Below, piece after piece: positions 40,480-51,109 of a DNA stretch of 64,000 bases. Below the pieces are notes generated by a model, which was not told where the DNA came from, searched no databases, and saw only the letters and a program-made list of their open reading frames with translations. The stretch's first letter is position 1. Every line of letters starts with the position of its first letter. The DNA is from a virus. Taxonomy: Duplodnaviria; Caudoviricetes. The stretch is taken from the IMG/VR virus record IMGVR_UViG_3300043812_000026, one strand, 5' to 3'. Made by a program: the position numbers and the translations under genes.

Positions 40480-41938
40480 CCTGCTATATAAAATGTGAAC
40501 AAACATAATCCTATATGCTAAGTAATTATGTTTGAGAAAGAAATATAGCTTTTCCTTTCTTTATTTTATTTACTGTCGTCAACGCTGGTATTCTCATATC
40601 CTAACTAGAGGGTAATGGCATTGACCAACTATTACAGCTTAAGGGCTTAGCCAGCCCCAATTATATTTTTTTCTTCTTTACGCTAAAGCCAAAAGATTTA
40701 AGACTGCATTTTGGTCTCGATCCATTACCACACCGCATTCATAACAAATATATTCATTGTGTTTAGTACCATGTTTTTGATTACCATCGAGACCAATTTT
40801 ATCTTTGCCTTGCTTGATGTGACCACATGCAGAACAGCGTTGTGTTGATGGATAGAATTGATCAGCTAAGATTAATTCTTTACCATACCATTCACACTTA
40901 TAGGTTAATATTTGTCTAAAATAACCAAACAGTGATCTCTGCATACCTTTAGAAGCTACATGAGTCATCTGCATCTGTTTGACTGCTAAATCTTCAATGA
41001 CAGTCTGGTCATAACTATCAACCAGCTTAGTCGTAAACTTCTGCAAAAGATCATGTTGGATATTAACTACTTTACGATAATCACGTTGCAACTTGGCTCT
41101 CGTTTTAACGTAATTATTACTTTGTGTAGCTAACTTACCATTAACCTTTCTCTTACGAGCTAGCATTTTTTGATAATGCCTGATCCGCTTATAAAGCTTT
41201 TGCAATTTAGCAGGTAAGACGTTAAGCTTCCCATCAGTATAGTTAAAGTGACCTACATTTAGATCTACTGCCGTCTTATTACCAGTTTTAGGTTTCTTAG
41301 CTATTTCAACTTCAAAAGGTAGGCTAGCCCAGTATTTACCATTTTCACGATAAATTGAAACAACTTTTAAATCACCATCTAAAGCCTTAGCACCTTTAAA
41401 ACTAATATCATACCAAGTTTTAACTCTGTGTGGTTTATCAAGTCTTAACTTACCATTAACAATCTTAGCTCTATCAGTTTTAAATCCTTGTCTAGGAGCT
41501 TTCTTAGATTTAAATCTAGGCTTTCCCCAATCAGGTAATGCTTTATTAAAGAACTTCTTCCAAGCATTACCTAAATCAGAAATTGCTAAGTATAAACACC
41601 GTGACGATAAACTATATTGCCAGTCAGCTTTATTAGAGGATAACTCCTTACGGACTCTGCTTTCATTAGGGATAGGATTGTCTTTCTTGTTCAAGTTATG
41701 AGCTTCATACATATCATTCCACAGCTCTAACCCTTGATTCCAACAATATCTACGATAATCGCATAGATCATCAAGAACTTTCTTCATTGTTTGGTTGGGA
41801 TAGAGTCTTACCTTTTGAACTCGAATCATTATTTTCACCACCTTGCATTGACATAATATCTACCTCACATTTTATCTTTCTGTAGATATTATATCATAGG
41901 TGATCGTATTTTAATATCCTTTAATTAACAGTTAATCA
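40480..41938 (-). mobile_element. TnpB-only IS607-like element (no tnpA)
   Basis: GGTGAT at both junctions (40476-40481, 41935-41940); structured ~200 nt 3' region ending TATAGCAGG. Confidence 0.6.
40678..41841 (-). CDS. tnpB: RNA-guided endonuclease TnpB
   Basis: RLYPN HTH; RuvC AVDLN, VIEDL, DRDQNA; CSACG/CYECG zinc finger. Confidence 0.9.
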   Translation of the reverse strand: MVKIMIRVQKVRLYPNQTMKKVLDDLCDYRRYCWNQGLELWNDMYEAHNLNKKDNPIPNESRVRKELSSNKADWQYSLSSRCLYLAISDLGNAWKKFFNKALPDWGKPRFKSKKAPRQGFKTDRAKIVNGKLRLDKPHRVKTWYDISFKGAKALDGDLKVVSIYRENGKYWASLPFEVEIAKKPKTGNKTAVDLNVGHFNYTDGKLNVLPAKLQKLYKRIRHYQKMLARKRKVNGKLATQSNNYVKTRAKLQRDYRKVVNIQHDLLQKFTTKLVDSYDQTVIEDLAVKQMQMTHVASKGMQRSLFGYFRQILTYKCEWYGKELILADQFYPSTQRCSACGHIKQGKDKIGLDGNQKHGTKHNEYICYECGVVMDRDQNAVLNLLALA

Positions 41939-42039
41939 CCACCTTTGCACATTCATTATTATAACATAATAAAAAAGCCTAAGAACTTAATCCTAGACTT
42001 TTTCTAACTATTAATCTTCTACCTAACTTAATACGTCAA

Positions 42040-42318
42040 TTACAACTCCCTACCACAAAAAGGACAAAACTTAATCTCAATCTGCTCTACAATATCAGCA
42101 AACACTTCTTCGTCAAAATTACCTGTATGCTCTACAGATAGATAAGGCTGAATTATACCAGAATCGTCACACTCAATAGATACTCCCATTCCACTATCGG
42201 GTAAATAATTTACCTTATGGGGATAATGACAATAAGGACAGCCAGTAGAAACAGCTACCTTAGCTAATTCTTCTTTTTTAGGACTTTCTTTTGTTTGCAT
42301 TAGCCAAACTCTTTTCAC
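42040..42318 (-). CDS. zinc-ribbon hypothetical protein
   Basis: CPYCH..FCPFCGREL. Confidence 0.7.
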   Translation of the reverse strand: MKRVWLMQTKESPKKEELAKVAVSTGCPYCHYPHKVNYLPDSGMGVSIECDDSGIIQPYLSVEHTGNFDEEVFADIVEQIEIKFCPFCGREL

Positions 42319-42486
42319 AATAATTTAATACAATTATAATCTAAAAAAGGCAAAAAGAAAAGCCCACAGTCCATTGGAGATGGAAATACTGTAAGCTTTC
42401 TAATCTATGAGATTCTAAAAAAAAAATAAAGGAGACTTCAATGTTGAAATCTATACTTATTATATTAATATGTTTAATGGTTAATG

Positions 42487-43195
42487 TCAATAGTTTTTAA
42501 TTAAAATTTCATCACTTTTACCAGACTTAGTATGATAGGTTGAATTAGAATAGTCCATATTAAAATGAATAACTTTGAGATCGGGGTTAGCTTTAATAAA
42601 CTCCGCTAAAACTTTATTCTCTTTTCCACGATGTGATAATACATTAGACATCGCAGTCTTAACCCCTGCTTGTGTTAAATCATTAAAGTAATTTACTAAC
42701 TTAACATCATCTTCCTCAGTCCAATTAAGACCCCGCTTACCATCATTAACAGTCTTAATACTCTTAAATTTTCCATAATTTTTTGTCTTATAACCTGTCA
42801 TGCTAGTATAAGGTTTATACCCTATTTCTTTTTGTGGATTATAGAGAGGAAGCTTAGGATAGAAAATCGAAATTGTTTCAACTCTCTTCAAAGGCATCCG
42901 ATTAGCATTTAAAAATCCTGTTGCGTTATTCTTAGTCCAATACCAATCATAACGATACCATTTAGGATTAGATAATCTTAACTTAGACGAAAAAGGTTCG
43001 TCACCAAGCAAAGCAACTACCCCACCAACTTTTAATAACCGTTTATACTGTTCCCAAAGCTGATCCATTGGGATAATATGATCCCACTGATTTTTAGTCG
43101 TCCCAAAAGGTAAGGTCAGATAAAACCATATCTACACTGTGATCCGATAAAGTCGGTAAAATTTTTAAACAATCATTATTATACAACTTAATCAA
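42487..43195 (-). pseudogene. frameshifted, chimeric DNA methyltransferase remnant
   Basis: TTG 43195 MIKLYNNDCL..SVDMVLSD, then an extra base breaks the DLPFG motif; C-terminus MSN..SDEILIKNY resembles a Dam-type MTase end. Confidence 0.7.
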
Positions 43196-43425
43196 CTAAA
43201 ATAACCACCTAATCTAAGATTTATTCCTAGTTTAAGTGGTTTTTCTGATTAATTAAAAATTTTATAGAGGAGTAGCTAAATCTCCTAATTCTAATTTTAA
43301 TCCTTTATATACTGCTTATATAGCAAAAGATAGCTATTGCAGTAGCTACCTCAAAACAAAAAACACCATACATAAGTTTGACCGACTTGTAATTATAATA
43401 ACATAATTATTTAATAAGTCAATAA

Positions 43426-43848
43426 TTAAGCTTCATTAGCTTTATAGTTTAAATCATTTTGTCCCTTAAACTGGTCTGAAACCATCTTATCAATATCCTT
43501 AGATGATAAATTAATTAAATCGTCTTGATCTACCCGTTTCTTATTCTCGTCCTGTGGATCTTTATAAACAGGGATAGAGTCATTAAAAATATCACTCATA
43601 CCAGCAGGAGCTTGTGGGGCACCTGTTTGAGTATCATCGCCAGCAGAGGTCTGCTGTAATAAAGTATAAACAGAAGCTAAGTCCTTTAAGTCTTTAACGT
43701 CAAGTTCAGAAGTTCCACTCATTGCCTGATCTAAAAGCTTCTTAGAAACTAATTCAATTGTTTGTTTAATATTATCTGTTGCTTGTTCCTTATCAGCAGT
43801 TTCTCCCGCTGAAATCATTTGACGAATTGAATCTGTTAAACCAGACAA
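43426..43848 (-). CDS. putative terminase small subunit
   Basis: ~140 aa; LDVKDLKDL; syntenic upstream of terL in Twort-like phages. Confidence 0.55.
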   Translation of the reverse strand: MSGLTDSIRQMISAGETADKEQATDNIKQTIELVSKKLLDQAMSGTSELDVKDLKDLASVYTLLQQTSAGDDTQTGAPQAPAGMSDIFNDSIPVYKDPQDENKKRVDQDDLINLSSKDIDKMVSDQFKGQNDLNYKANEA

Positions 43849-43849
43849 G

Positions 43850-44125
43850 TTATTTCACTTCCTTTCTTAAATGAGAATAACAACTGTGTGGGCTATAGCA
43901 AACAGAACCAGAAAGAAAAGTTCCATTTACATAATAATGAATATGCTTAACCGAGGTAACAAACTCCCCCGTCTTAAATACATAGGACGTAAGAGGACGA
44001 CCACAAACAGCACAATAACGAGTTTCTGTATTATGTGATTTACGTTTAAACACTCTCTTACGATCCATATGCTTAAATAACTTCTTACGTTTAATAAGAA
44101 CATCATCATAAGTCATTCTTATCAC
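43850..44125 (-). CDS. conserved Cys/His-rich hypothetical protein
   Basis: CAVCGRPL..HIHYY..CYS..SCY; late promoter motif upstream. Confidence 0.7.
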   Translation of the reverse strand: MIRMTYDDVLIKRKKLFKHMDRKRVFKRKSHNTETRYCAVCGRPLTSYVFKTGEFVTSVKHIHYYVNGTFLSGSVCYSPHSCYSHLRKEVK

Positions 44126-44325
44126 CTGTTATGTAATATAGGGAATTAAGCCTATATGAAGAAAATAATACAAAAGAGTATAAGAAAAGCCCTAGTAGCA
44201 ATTTCATTTCTGCAACTACCACTAAGGCTAATTTTATTTCTTAAATTGTGCGTCTAGTATTTTACTTCTTTAAGTTCATGCTATCGCATCCAAACTTGGA
44301 AGCAATAGTAGAAAAAGGACGCTAT

Positions 44326-44841
44326 CTATTTTCCTATTGGATTTACTACGATTTTAAAGTTGGTAATCTTTACAGTAGCAGTTGAATTAATCTGATCATA
44401 GGCAGCGCAATATGGAATTAACTTAATTGCTTTCTCTGAAAGATATTGAGTAGTGAATAAGTGGGTACTTCCAGCTTCACTTTGTGGATAATACCAAGGA
44501 CCATTCCAATGGTTACCATTATCGATGTCTGTTGTTTGAAGTTCAAAGCCGATTCGGTTTCCAATATTTTCACCTTTAACATATCCAGACCATTCAATGT
44601 CACAACTAAACGTTACCGTCTTTCCACAAAGGTGTTGATTCCAAATGTCGACTGTTAGCCCTTGAAGATTCTTAGTATTCTCTCCTTTTGTGGTATCAAG
44701 GGATTGGCCTTCATCAAAGAAATTGTGGATCTGTAATCTGGATAAAGCAGTCTTCATATCAGCAAGACTATACTTATCAGTTGTGCCATATAAGCTACGG
44801 AAACCATCTGCTAATTCAGTCATTTTTTCATTCAAACTCAT
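44326..44841 (-). CDS. hypothetical appendage-associated protein
   Basis: Coupled to collagen gene; beta-rich C-terminus. Confidence 0.7.
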   Translation of the reverse strand: MSLNEKMTELADGFRSLYGTTDKYSLADMKTALSRLQIHNFFDEGQSLDTTKGENTKNLQGLTVDIWNQHLCGKTVTFSCDIEWSGYVKGENIGNRIGFELQTTDIDNGNHWNGPWYYPQSEAGSTHLFTTQYLSEKAIKLIPYCAAYDQINSTATVKITNFKIVVNPIGK

Positions 44842-44845
44842 CTAC

Positions 44846-47056
44846 TCACCACTTTCCATTTAAAATTGCGTCATCTACATAGGACTTAATTTCATTTTTA
44901 TCTGCGTCAGTCCAATAATCAGTACCACGAACAGGGGTATGACCTTGCATATTACCAATAACAGCACCGATGTCAAAGGTACCACCACCAGCAGAAGCAT
45001 CTCCATTAGCATTAACAGCAGTTACTTGGGTAATCATACCATTAGTTTGAATAACTAAGTCGCCAACCTGTGGGCCAAAACCAACTTTAGTATTGTAAAG
45101 ATCAGACCACCACTTGCCTTGCAGGTTACCCCCATAAGCCTTCTTATTAAACCAAACACTACTGCCCCTCAGTTGTTGTCTAATCTGTGACATCGGTAAT
45201 GCCCAGAAAGCATGATCATCATCTAGCCCTAGTACCTTTGGATCTGGAGCATCATTAAGTACAGTTATTATAGCACTATTTTGTACAAATGTATCTGTAT
45301 GAGGAATCCAAGTTAACCCAGAAACATCAGAAGCTATGTTGATCCTTAATCCGCCACGAGCGTAGAAAGCATAGTTCAAATTATTATCGCTAGGAATGGC
45401 AAAGGTTAATAAGCGCTTACCATCTGTTGTAAAATTTGATGGTTGATCGTCAAGCACAATCAGCTTACGATCATAAGCACCCCAATTACCTTGACCGTAT
45501 AAAACAGCTTGTCGGGCACAAGCATCTTTACTAGTATCACTAGAATGACCACCATAAGGAACATCTATTCCAATATACAAAGGAGCTTCTAAGCTAAAAT
45601 AACTAAGCCCCCACAAAGAACCTTTACTAGTAGTATTAGCATCTACATAGTACCACTTATTACGATCATACTTAGCATCTGTTAAGTCTACAGTATAATG
45701 GTAAAACCCGGGATCACCTTTTGGTCCTTGAGATCCAGTATCTCCTTTTACACCTTGTGGACCTTGTGGTCCGGTTTCACCCTTATCCCCCTTGGGGCCT
45801 TGACTACCAGTAGCCCCGGTATCTCCTTTATCCCCTTTTGGTCCTTGTGGTCCAGTTAAACCTTGCTTACCTTGAATACCTTGAATACCTTGTGGTCCTT
45901 GTGGTCCTTGAATACCTTGCGCACCAGATAGGTCAGAGATATAAACAAACTTACTACCATCCCAAACATAGAGCTTTGAATTATCTGGATCACTAACATT
46001 ACTTGCAATCATTGTAAAGTCACCGTCAGTAAATCCAGCGCCTTTACTTGCATTCATTGCAGATACAGAGTCAAAAGTTTTTTTAATATTAAAGTTCTTA
46101 CCAGCAGGACCTATAGGACCTTGTGGACCAGTGGCCCCAGTATTACCCTGAATACCTTGAGGACCTTGTAAACCAGTAGCACCACGATCACCTTTTGGAC
46201 CAGCTACACCAGCTAAGTTAGCTAAGTAAGGGCCATAATTAAATGTACCCCCACCGGCTTCGGGAACTCCACCATAGCTAACACCAGTTACTTGCACTAA
46301 GTGACCACTGCTCAAAACAACTAAATCACTAACCTGTGGTCCTCGATCTGGAGCAGAACCTTTTAGATCAGTCCAATATGAGCCACGATAGTTTTCTCCA
46401 TAATCGTGAATATCAAACCAGATGTTATAACCACGATCACCCTTAGGACCAGTAGGACCAACTAGAGTCTTTTCATAGTCCTTAAAGCTACCGGTAAAAC
46501 CAGCATCTCGTGCTAATTCATATAAGGACTTACCAGTCTCACCCTTAGGAATATCAAAATGTAAAACATCATACTGATCTAGGTAAACATTAGCGTTTTT
46601 ATTAGAATCAATTGTCGATACTTTAATATCTTTAATATCAATATCATGAACGTGCAAAACTTGGCGTTCAACAATCTTACTCGTATCGGGAGGAGTAATA
46701 TTAGTAGCTTCGGGAGTAAAGATACTCTTAAAGACTAATCTGTTGTTATTATAAGCCAAAGTAATATACTTCGCTGTATTGCTAGGATAATACTCCATAT
46801 GGTCTGAATAACGCATACTAAGATAAAAAGCATATGTTCCTAGTCCTAATGAAGATAACTGGCTTAGTTTAAAGTAAACACCATCGTCATTAGCATTTAC
46901 TGGAATAGTTAAACGACTATTACCACTAAGATCATAAAAGTGCATATTTAATTCCACGTTAAAGAACTGTAAGCTCTTTTGCGAATTAGTAGGAACTAAA
47001 TAAATTGTTGTATCATTATCACTAGGAATGCTTGAAATAAAACTTAATTTATTCAT
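44846..47056 (-). CDS. collagen-like fibre/appendage protein
   Basis: Gly-X-Y runs; duplicated WF..YG..W.DL..GPQV.DLV..GGGTF domain. Confidence 0.8.
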   Translation of the reverse strand: MNKLSFISSIPSDNDTTIYLVPTNSQKSLQFFNVELNMHFYDLSGNSRLTIPVNANDDGVYFKLSQLSSLGLGTYAFYLSMRYSDHMEYYPSNTAKYITLAYNNNRLVFKSIFTPEATNITPPDTSKIVERQVLHVHDIDIKDIKVSTIDSNKNANVYLDQYDVLHFDIPKGETGKSLYELARDAGFTGSFKDYEKTLVGPTGPKGDRGYNIWFDIHDYGENYRGSYWTDLKGSAPDRGPQVSDLVVLSSGHLVQVTGVSYGGVPEAGGGTFNYGPYLANLAGVAGPKGDRGATGLQGPQGIQGNTGATGPQGPIGPAGKNFNIKKTFDSVSAMNASKGAGFTDGDFTMIASNVSDPDNSKLYVWDGSKFVYISDLSGAQGIQGPQGPQGIQGIQGKQGLTGPQGPKGDKGDTGATGSQGPKGDKGETGPQGPQGVKGDTGSQGPKGDPGFYHYTVDLTDAKYDRNKWYYVDANTTSKGSLWGLSYFSLEAPLYIGIDVPYGGHSSDTSKDACARQAVLYGQGNWGAYDRKLIVLDDQPSNFTTDGKRLLTFAIPSDNNLNYAFYARGGLRINIASDVSGLTWIPHTDTFVQNSAIITVLNDAPDPKVLGLDDDHAFWALPMSQIRQQLRGSSVWFNKKAYGGNLQGKWWSDLYNTKVGFGPQVGDLVIQTNGMITQVTAVNANGDASAGGGTFDIGAVIGNMQGHTPVRGTDYWTDADKNEIKSYVDDAILNGKW

Positions 47057-47211
47057 TAGACCCTTGCATTCCCCTTTCTTATCACATGGTTTCGCTAATT
47101 GTAATATAGGGGATTAAACATAAGCAAAATAAAAAACCTTTCCTGCATTATAACAAGAAAGGATGTAAACAAAATTATAAGTATAGTAACAATTAACTAA
47201 AATATCAATAA

Positions 47212-49110
47212 CTATTTTTTAGGAATACCTAAAATAAATCCATAATATCTTAGCGAAGAAATATTAACTACTCCGTCTGCCCCTACATTTAACTTTTGGG
47301 GTCCTAAATTACTTAGATCAAAATAGTACCAGTCATGATTAGTTACGCCTAACTTAAGCGTTACTTTAATATTTTGTGCTGGAGAAATACTACAATTAGC
47401 GTTTGTATCCCGCCAATCAGTATTATCAGTCTTAAGATTAATTAAACTTAAACCTAAATAATCATTCTTATTTCCTCGGCTAATTCCACAAACTTTACCA
47501 CTTTGTAAATAATCTACACTACCACCATCAATAGTAGCCAAACCGTCAACTTGATAGCCTAGGCCAATAATTTCTTTAAAAGCAACAAAAAAGTCATACA
47601 TCTTAGGTAAATAATTATCTTTAAGCGTTGAGGGGAGATTAAGATTACTATTAGGGAAATACTCATTACAGAGCATATGCTCACCCATTTCCAAATGAGT
47701 ACCACCACTAGCCATAATCACTAAGTCAGCTAGAATTATTCCGTCCGTATTAAAATACTTACCAGCATTATTTTTAGCGTAGTTATAGTCCATATAAGCG
47801 GCTATAATTACACCTTTCTTTTGCTTGTTACTATCCCGTGATTCAGTAAGAAATTTAACCAGATTAAACAAGTCATTATAAGTCTTACGATTATCCCATA
47901 CTTCGGTATAAAGATATTTAGGAACTGTTGAATTTCTAATATCATCAAGTCCGTATTCACCAACAGAATTAACACCAGTATCCCAACCTAATTTACCAAC
48001 TTTATTTAGGAAATAATGGATACCATTAGCAAGAGTAGCGCTACTAATTAGATTACCATTGGCCTCATACTTATTACCGGGGTCACCAAACATATCAATA
48101 TGCCAACCATCAAAAGGCATATTATCCTTAACTATCTTCATTTGATTAACAATATAGTCTTGCCAAGGACCATTCATCCAATTCATATTATAAAGATTAT
48201 ACTTACCCCAGCCATTATTCTTATCTAGTGTCTTATAAACATGATCTAAATTCCTAGAATTATCGTCAAACAAAAACATTTCCGCAGAAAGACCGTGTAC
48301 TAATTGGTTAGTATCTGAACCATTCATTGCCATATAGGCTAAAGGCTTCATACCATAGTCTTTAGCTAAATTACAATATTCATCAATAACTTTCTTTCTA
48401 GTCAAACGATTACCAATATCAGTCCAAGTATTTGAAACTTGTAAGCTATCACCAACAGAAGCAACAGGTAGTGGTAATGAATGTAAGTCAAACCAGTCAT
48501 AAAACTGTATTAGATTAATATGCAGACGCTTTAAATAGTCTAAATTATTTTTCCTTTCTACTGAAGAGTCATTATCATACTTAGAAAGAAACCCCATAAT
48601 AGGAAAATTATAAATATCATTACTTACATTAATTGCAATTGTCTCTGTTGATACATTATTACCAACGTGATTTTCAATTACTACAGTATAACCAATATTA
48701 TCATCAGCAGGCAAAAACCAAGACCAACTAAGCTCAGAAGTTCCATAATAAATTTCTTTAGTGGCAACTAAATTATTCAAATGATAATACTTAACTACTA
48801 AATGACCATGACCAGAAACACTAGTAGCATGAAATACTACTTTTTCAGACGGATAATAAACAGCCTTATCTGTATTAAGATCTAACAAAGTAGCTGAGTC
48901 GTCTTGGTCCCTCATACCTACTGAATACTGAGTAGTAATACTACCTATCTTCCAATGACCATTGTCGTCAATCTGTGGGGTAAACCCATCATTACCTTTA
49001 GGTCCAGTGTCACCCCTATCCCCCTTAGGGCCTTGAGGTCCAGTAGCACCAGTCTTTCCTACAGTTCCTTGAGGTAAAGCTCCCAAGTCTATATCAGTCT
49101 GTAAACTCAC
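47212..49110 (-). CDS. GH66 dextranase-like glycoside hydrolase with N-terminal collagen stub
   Basis: TDKAVY.P, HINLIQFYDW, DGWHID..G, YTEVW, AAYM, GGTHLEMGE..NEYFP. Confidence 0.8.
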   Translation of the reverse strand: MSLQTDIDLGALPQGTVGKTGATGPQGPKGDRGDTGPKGNDGFTPQIDDNGHWKIGSITTQYSVGMRDQDDSATLLDLNTDKAVYYPSEKVVFHATSVSGHGHLVVKYYHLNNLVATKEIYYGTSELSWSWFLPADDNIGYTVVIENHVGNNVSTETIAINVSNDIYNFPIMGFLSKYDNDSSVERKNNLDYLKRLHINLIQFYDWFDLHSLPLPVASVGDSLQVSNTWTDIGNRLTRKKVIDEYCNLAKDYGMKPLAYMAMNGSDTNQLVHGLSAEMFLFDDNSRNLDHVYKTLDKNNGWGKYNLYNMNWMNGPWQDYIVNQMKIVKDNMPFDGWHIDMFGDPGNKYEANGNLISSATLANGIHYFLNKVGKLGWDTGVNSVGEYGLDDIRNSTVPKYLYTEVWDNRKTYNDLFNLVKFLTESRDSNKQKKGVIIAAYMDYNYAKNNAGKYFNTDGIILADLVIMASGGTHLEMGEHMLCNEYFPNSNLNLPSTLKDNYLPKMYDFFVAFKEIIGLGYQVDGLATIDGGSVDYLQSGKVCGISRGNKNDYLGLSLINLKTDNTDWRDTNANCSISPAQNIKVTLKLGVTNHDWYYFDLSNLGPQKLNVGADGVVNISSLRYYGFILGIPKK

Positions 49111-49127
49111 CTATAAACATCTCCCCA

Positions 49128-50411
49128 CTAATTTTGATAGTCTGTAACTAATTTCATATGTAAATGACCATCACTAGAAACGTAAGGAACATACACAGGC
49201 CCAGCAGAACCTCTATCTCCTTTAGGACCTTGACTACCTACGTCTCCTTTATCTCCCTTGGGTCCTTGTATTCCTTGCGGCCCTCTATCTCCTGTATTAC
49301 CTTTAGCACCAGTATCACCAGTATCACCTTTAGGACCAGCAGGTCCCATTGGTCCAGTAGGTCCTTCAATTCCCTGCGGGCCACGTTCACCTTGAGGACC
49401 TTGAATACCGGGTTGGCCTTTCATAGCAATAACAAAATCAAGCTCAGAACCTTTATTACCATTGTCTAACCAAGATTGATAAGCTGATTTACCTGCTGAA
49501 CCTTGTTCACCTTTATCTCCTTTAGGTCCTTGTGGACCAACTGGACCTTGACTACCCGTAGCACCGGTTTTACCAGCGGGTCCTTGAGGTCCTGTATCTC
49601 CTTTAGGTCCCTGAACACCTTTAAAACTTTCTACAAACTGAGCCTCTGTTCCTTTATTCCCCACATTTAGCCAAGATTGATAAACTGAATATCCATTATC
49701 ACCCTTATCTCCTTTGGGTCCTTGATCTCCCTTAGGGCCTTGCAAACCACGTGGACCCATAGGACCAGTACTACCAGTATCACCCTTAGGACCAGCAGGT
49801 CCTTGGGGACCTATCTTACCTTGAGGACCCATTGGACCAGCAGGACCTTGACTACCTTTATCTCCTTTAGCTCCTTTTAAAAAGTTGATGAAGTCATTTT
49901 CAGAACCGCTGTGACCATCCTCTAACCATATCTGGTAAGCTGACTTACCTGTATCACCTTTAGGACCAGTTGGACCTTGTAAACCAGTTTTACCCATTGG
50001 TCCTTGAATACCTTGTGGTCCTTGACTACCTGGATCACCTTTATCCCCCTTTGGTCCAATTGGACCTTGTGGACCAGCCGGACCAGTTTCACCACGAGGA
50101 CCTTGTATACCATGGAAAGTTTTTACGAAATCTGCTTCGGTACCTTTGTTACCAGCATTTAACCAAGATTGATAAGCAGAATATCCGGCATCACCCTTAT
50201 CCCCTTTATCTCCTTTAGGACCAATAGGACCTTGTGGACCTGTATTACCCGTGTCTCCTTTAGGTCCTTGTGGGCCAACATTACCTGTAGCTCCTGTATC
50301 ACCTTTATCTCCTTTAGGGCCAACTGGTCCTTGTGGACCACGTTCACCTTGAGGACCCATTGGACCTACAGGTCCTTGAGCTTTAACTTTTAAATTAATA
50401 TCCTTTTCCAT
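49128..50411 (-). CDS. collagen triple-helix repeat protein
   Basis: Gly-X-Y runs interrupted four times by SAYQSWL.AGNKG.E.DF modules. Confidence 0.85.
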   Translation of the reverse strand: MEKDINLKVKAQGPVGPMGPQGERGPQGPVGPKGDKGDTGATGNVGPQGPKGDTGNTGPQGPIGPKGDKGDKGDAGYSAYQSWLNAGNKGTEADFVKTFHGIQGPRGETGPAGPQGPIGPKGDKGDPGSQGPQGIQGPMGKTGLQGPTGPKGDTGKSAYQIWLEDGHSGSENDFINFLKGAKGDKGSQGPAGPMGPQGKIGPQGPAGPKGDTGSTGPMGPRGLQGPKGDQGPKGDKGDNGYSVYQSWLNVGNKGTEAQFVESFKGVQGPKGDTGPQGPAGKTGATGSQGPVGPQGPKGDKGEQGSAGKSAYQSWLDNGNKGSELDFVIAMKGQPGIQGPQGERGPQGIEGPTGPMGPAGPKGDTGDTGAKGNTGDRGPQGIQGPKGDKGDVGSQGPKGDRGSAGPVYVPYVSSDGHLHMKLVTDYQN

Positions 50412-51049
50412 TAACTCAACTCACCTTGATCCATTTCTTTAACGTGCCAATTACCATCTGAACCAATGTAAGGAATATAACTAATCCCATTTCTACCATT
50501 AATACCATCTAAACCTCTAGCACCTATAGGCCCTTGTTCACCTTTATCTCCTTTAGGGCCAACCGGACCTGTCTTACCTTTAGGAATACCTATAATCAAA
50601 GTATTATTAATAATTCTTGAATAGGCTTGCTTGTCTTCGTCCAAAGTAATCACTTGTACAGAATTAAATAGCATCTTATTATTACCATTATCTAAATTCT
50701 TAAAGTAATCAGCCGGAATATCTTTTAAGATAGACAATTTTGCGTCTGTAGTCAAAATCAAATAAAGCACTTCTTGTCCCGGAAAATAATTACGTTCTGT
50801 ACGTGTTCTAATCTCTAAATAAAGCCCGTAAACTTTACCTGCGGATAAACCAACCAAATTAATAGGATCAAAGTAGATTCCGTTACTATCATAATTACCT
50901 GTAATAGTAGTGACTTTATTTCCCTCTAAATCAGTAAGATGAAACGTTAAAAAGGCATTTTCATAGCTTACTATACCCGTAGAGTCTACTGGTAAAAAAT
51001 ACACCTTAGAACGATCACTAATAGAATCCAAAATATTTAAGTAGTTCAA
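50411..51049 (-). CDS. collagen-containing appendage anchor protein
   Basis: N-domain similar to N-domain of 44846..47056; short Gly-X-Y run and PYIGSDGNW. Confidence 0.7.
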   Translation of the reverse strand: MNYLNILDSISDRSKVYFLPVDSTGIVSYENAFLTFHLTDLEGNKVTTITGNYDSNGIYFDPINLVGLSAGKVYGLYLEIRTRTERNYFPGQEVLYLILTTDAKLSILKDIPADYFKNLDNGNNKMLFNSVQVITLDEDKQAYSRIINNTLIIGIPKGKTGPVGPKGDKGEQGPIGARGLDGINGRNGISYIPYIGSDGNWHVKEMDQGELS

Positions 51050-51109
51050 TTACACTCATCTCTTTTAATTATAATATAAAAAGCCTAGTCAATAGGCTAG
51101 ACTTCTTTT

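Noticed and set aside
45700-50400. Repeat arrays resembling CRISPR
   Set aside because: They are Gly-X-Y collagen codons; no constant repeat-spacer period or cas genes
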